Part shown: piece by piece, positions 63,641 to 64,000 of the stretch
Numbering within the stretch: position 1 is the stretch's first letter
How the letters are laid out: the number at the start of each line of letters is the position of its first letter
Source: Octopus vulgaris
Taxonomy: Eukaryota
NCBI GenBank assembly: GCA_951406725.2
Contig: OX597825.1
Location: 48,980,001 to 49,044,000 of the forward strand
DNA length: 64,000 bases
Direction of reading: 5' to 3'
Notes under the pieces: generated by a model
Seen by the model: the letters and a program-made list of their open reading frames with translations, nothing else
Database searches by the model: none
Told to the model about the DNA's origin: nothing
Program-made: the position numbers and the translations under genes

Positions 63641-64000
63641 TTTCACTAATCACCTTCCTCCACAATGTATATGTGAACTTAAATAATTGAGTATTGTAGG
63701 TACGTATACATGTGTGTGTACGTATGCATGTGTATGTAGGTATATATAAATATACAGGTGTCAAAACACGGGCCCCGCTGTACCCTACCTAATCTCTCCT
63801 TCCACGTGACCGGTGTCCAGCCATCCATCTTTCTTTCTTGCCCTTACAGCCGATCTTCAACACCTCTTATGCCCATCTCCTATGTTACTGCCTTTAGGCT
63901 TTCCCTTCATACATGCCAGCTCAATTTGATTTCTTCTCGATCGAAACACGTCTGTGGTTATTTTCTTGTTTGTTTTCGTAATTGTGTACCATGTTCTCCA

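Overview
AT-rich, repeat-saturated animal genomic DNA. The mix of tRNA-derived SINE families, Tc1/mariner, RTE, R4/Dong, Tx1 and Penelope-like elements and very abundant (TA)n/(CA)n/(AAT)n/(TATC)n microsatellites resembles octopus/cephalopod DNA (inference). I found no intact, recognisable host gene, rRNA, genuine tRNA or CRISPR array. Most listed ORFs are microsatellite artefacts or decayed transposon frames. The most striking structure is a set of seven fold-back (inverted-repeat) elements from about 0.13 to 2.9 kb (15056-15430, 15701-15832, 22262-22903, 23012-23429, 23656-25352, 51445-53894, 56716-59655), mostly lodged in (TA)n runs. Three enclose Penelope-like (PLE) GIY-YIG endonuclease sequence, and five carry or adjoin type I hammerhead ribozyme motifs readable by eye. 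In two unrelated fold-backs the ribozyme core is deleted from one arm only. One hammerhead has a non-canonical core in both arms plus a possible loop II pseudoknot. Other notable items: a DD36E-spaced Tc1 element, a mariner whose 3' half is replaced by a captured LINE segment, tandem clusters of R4/Dong fragments and a ~550-bp non-coding retroposon in (AAT)n repeats, a short non-autonomous Helitron, and a decayed LRR-like coding remnant. All coordinates were read manually and boundaries are approximate. No folding or database search was run.
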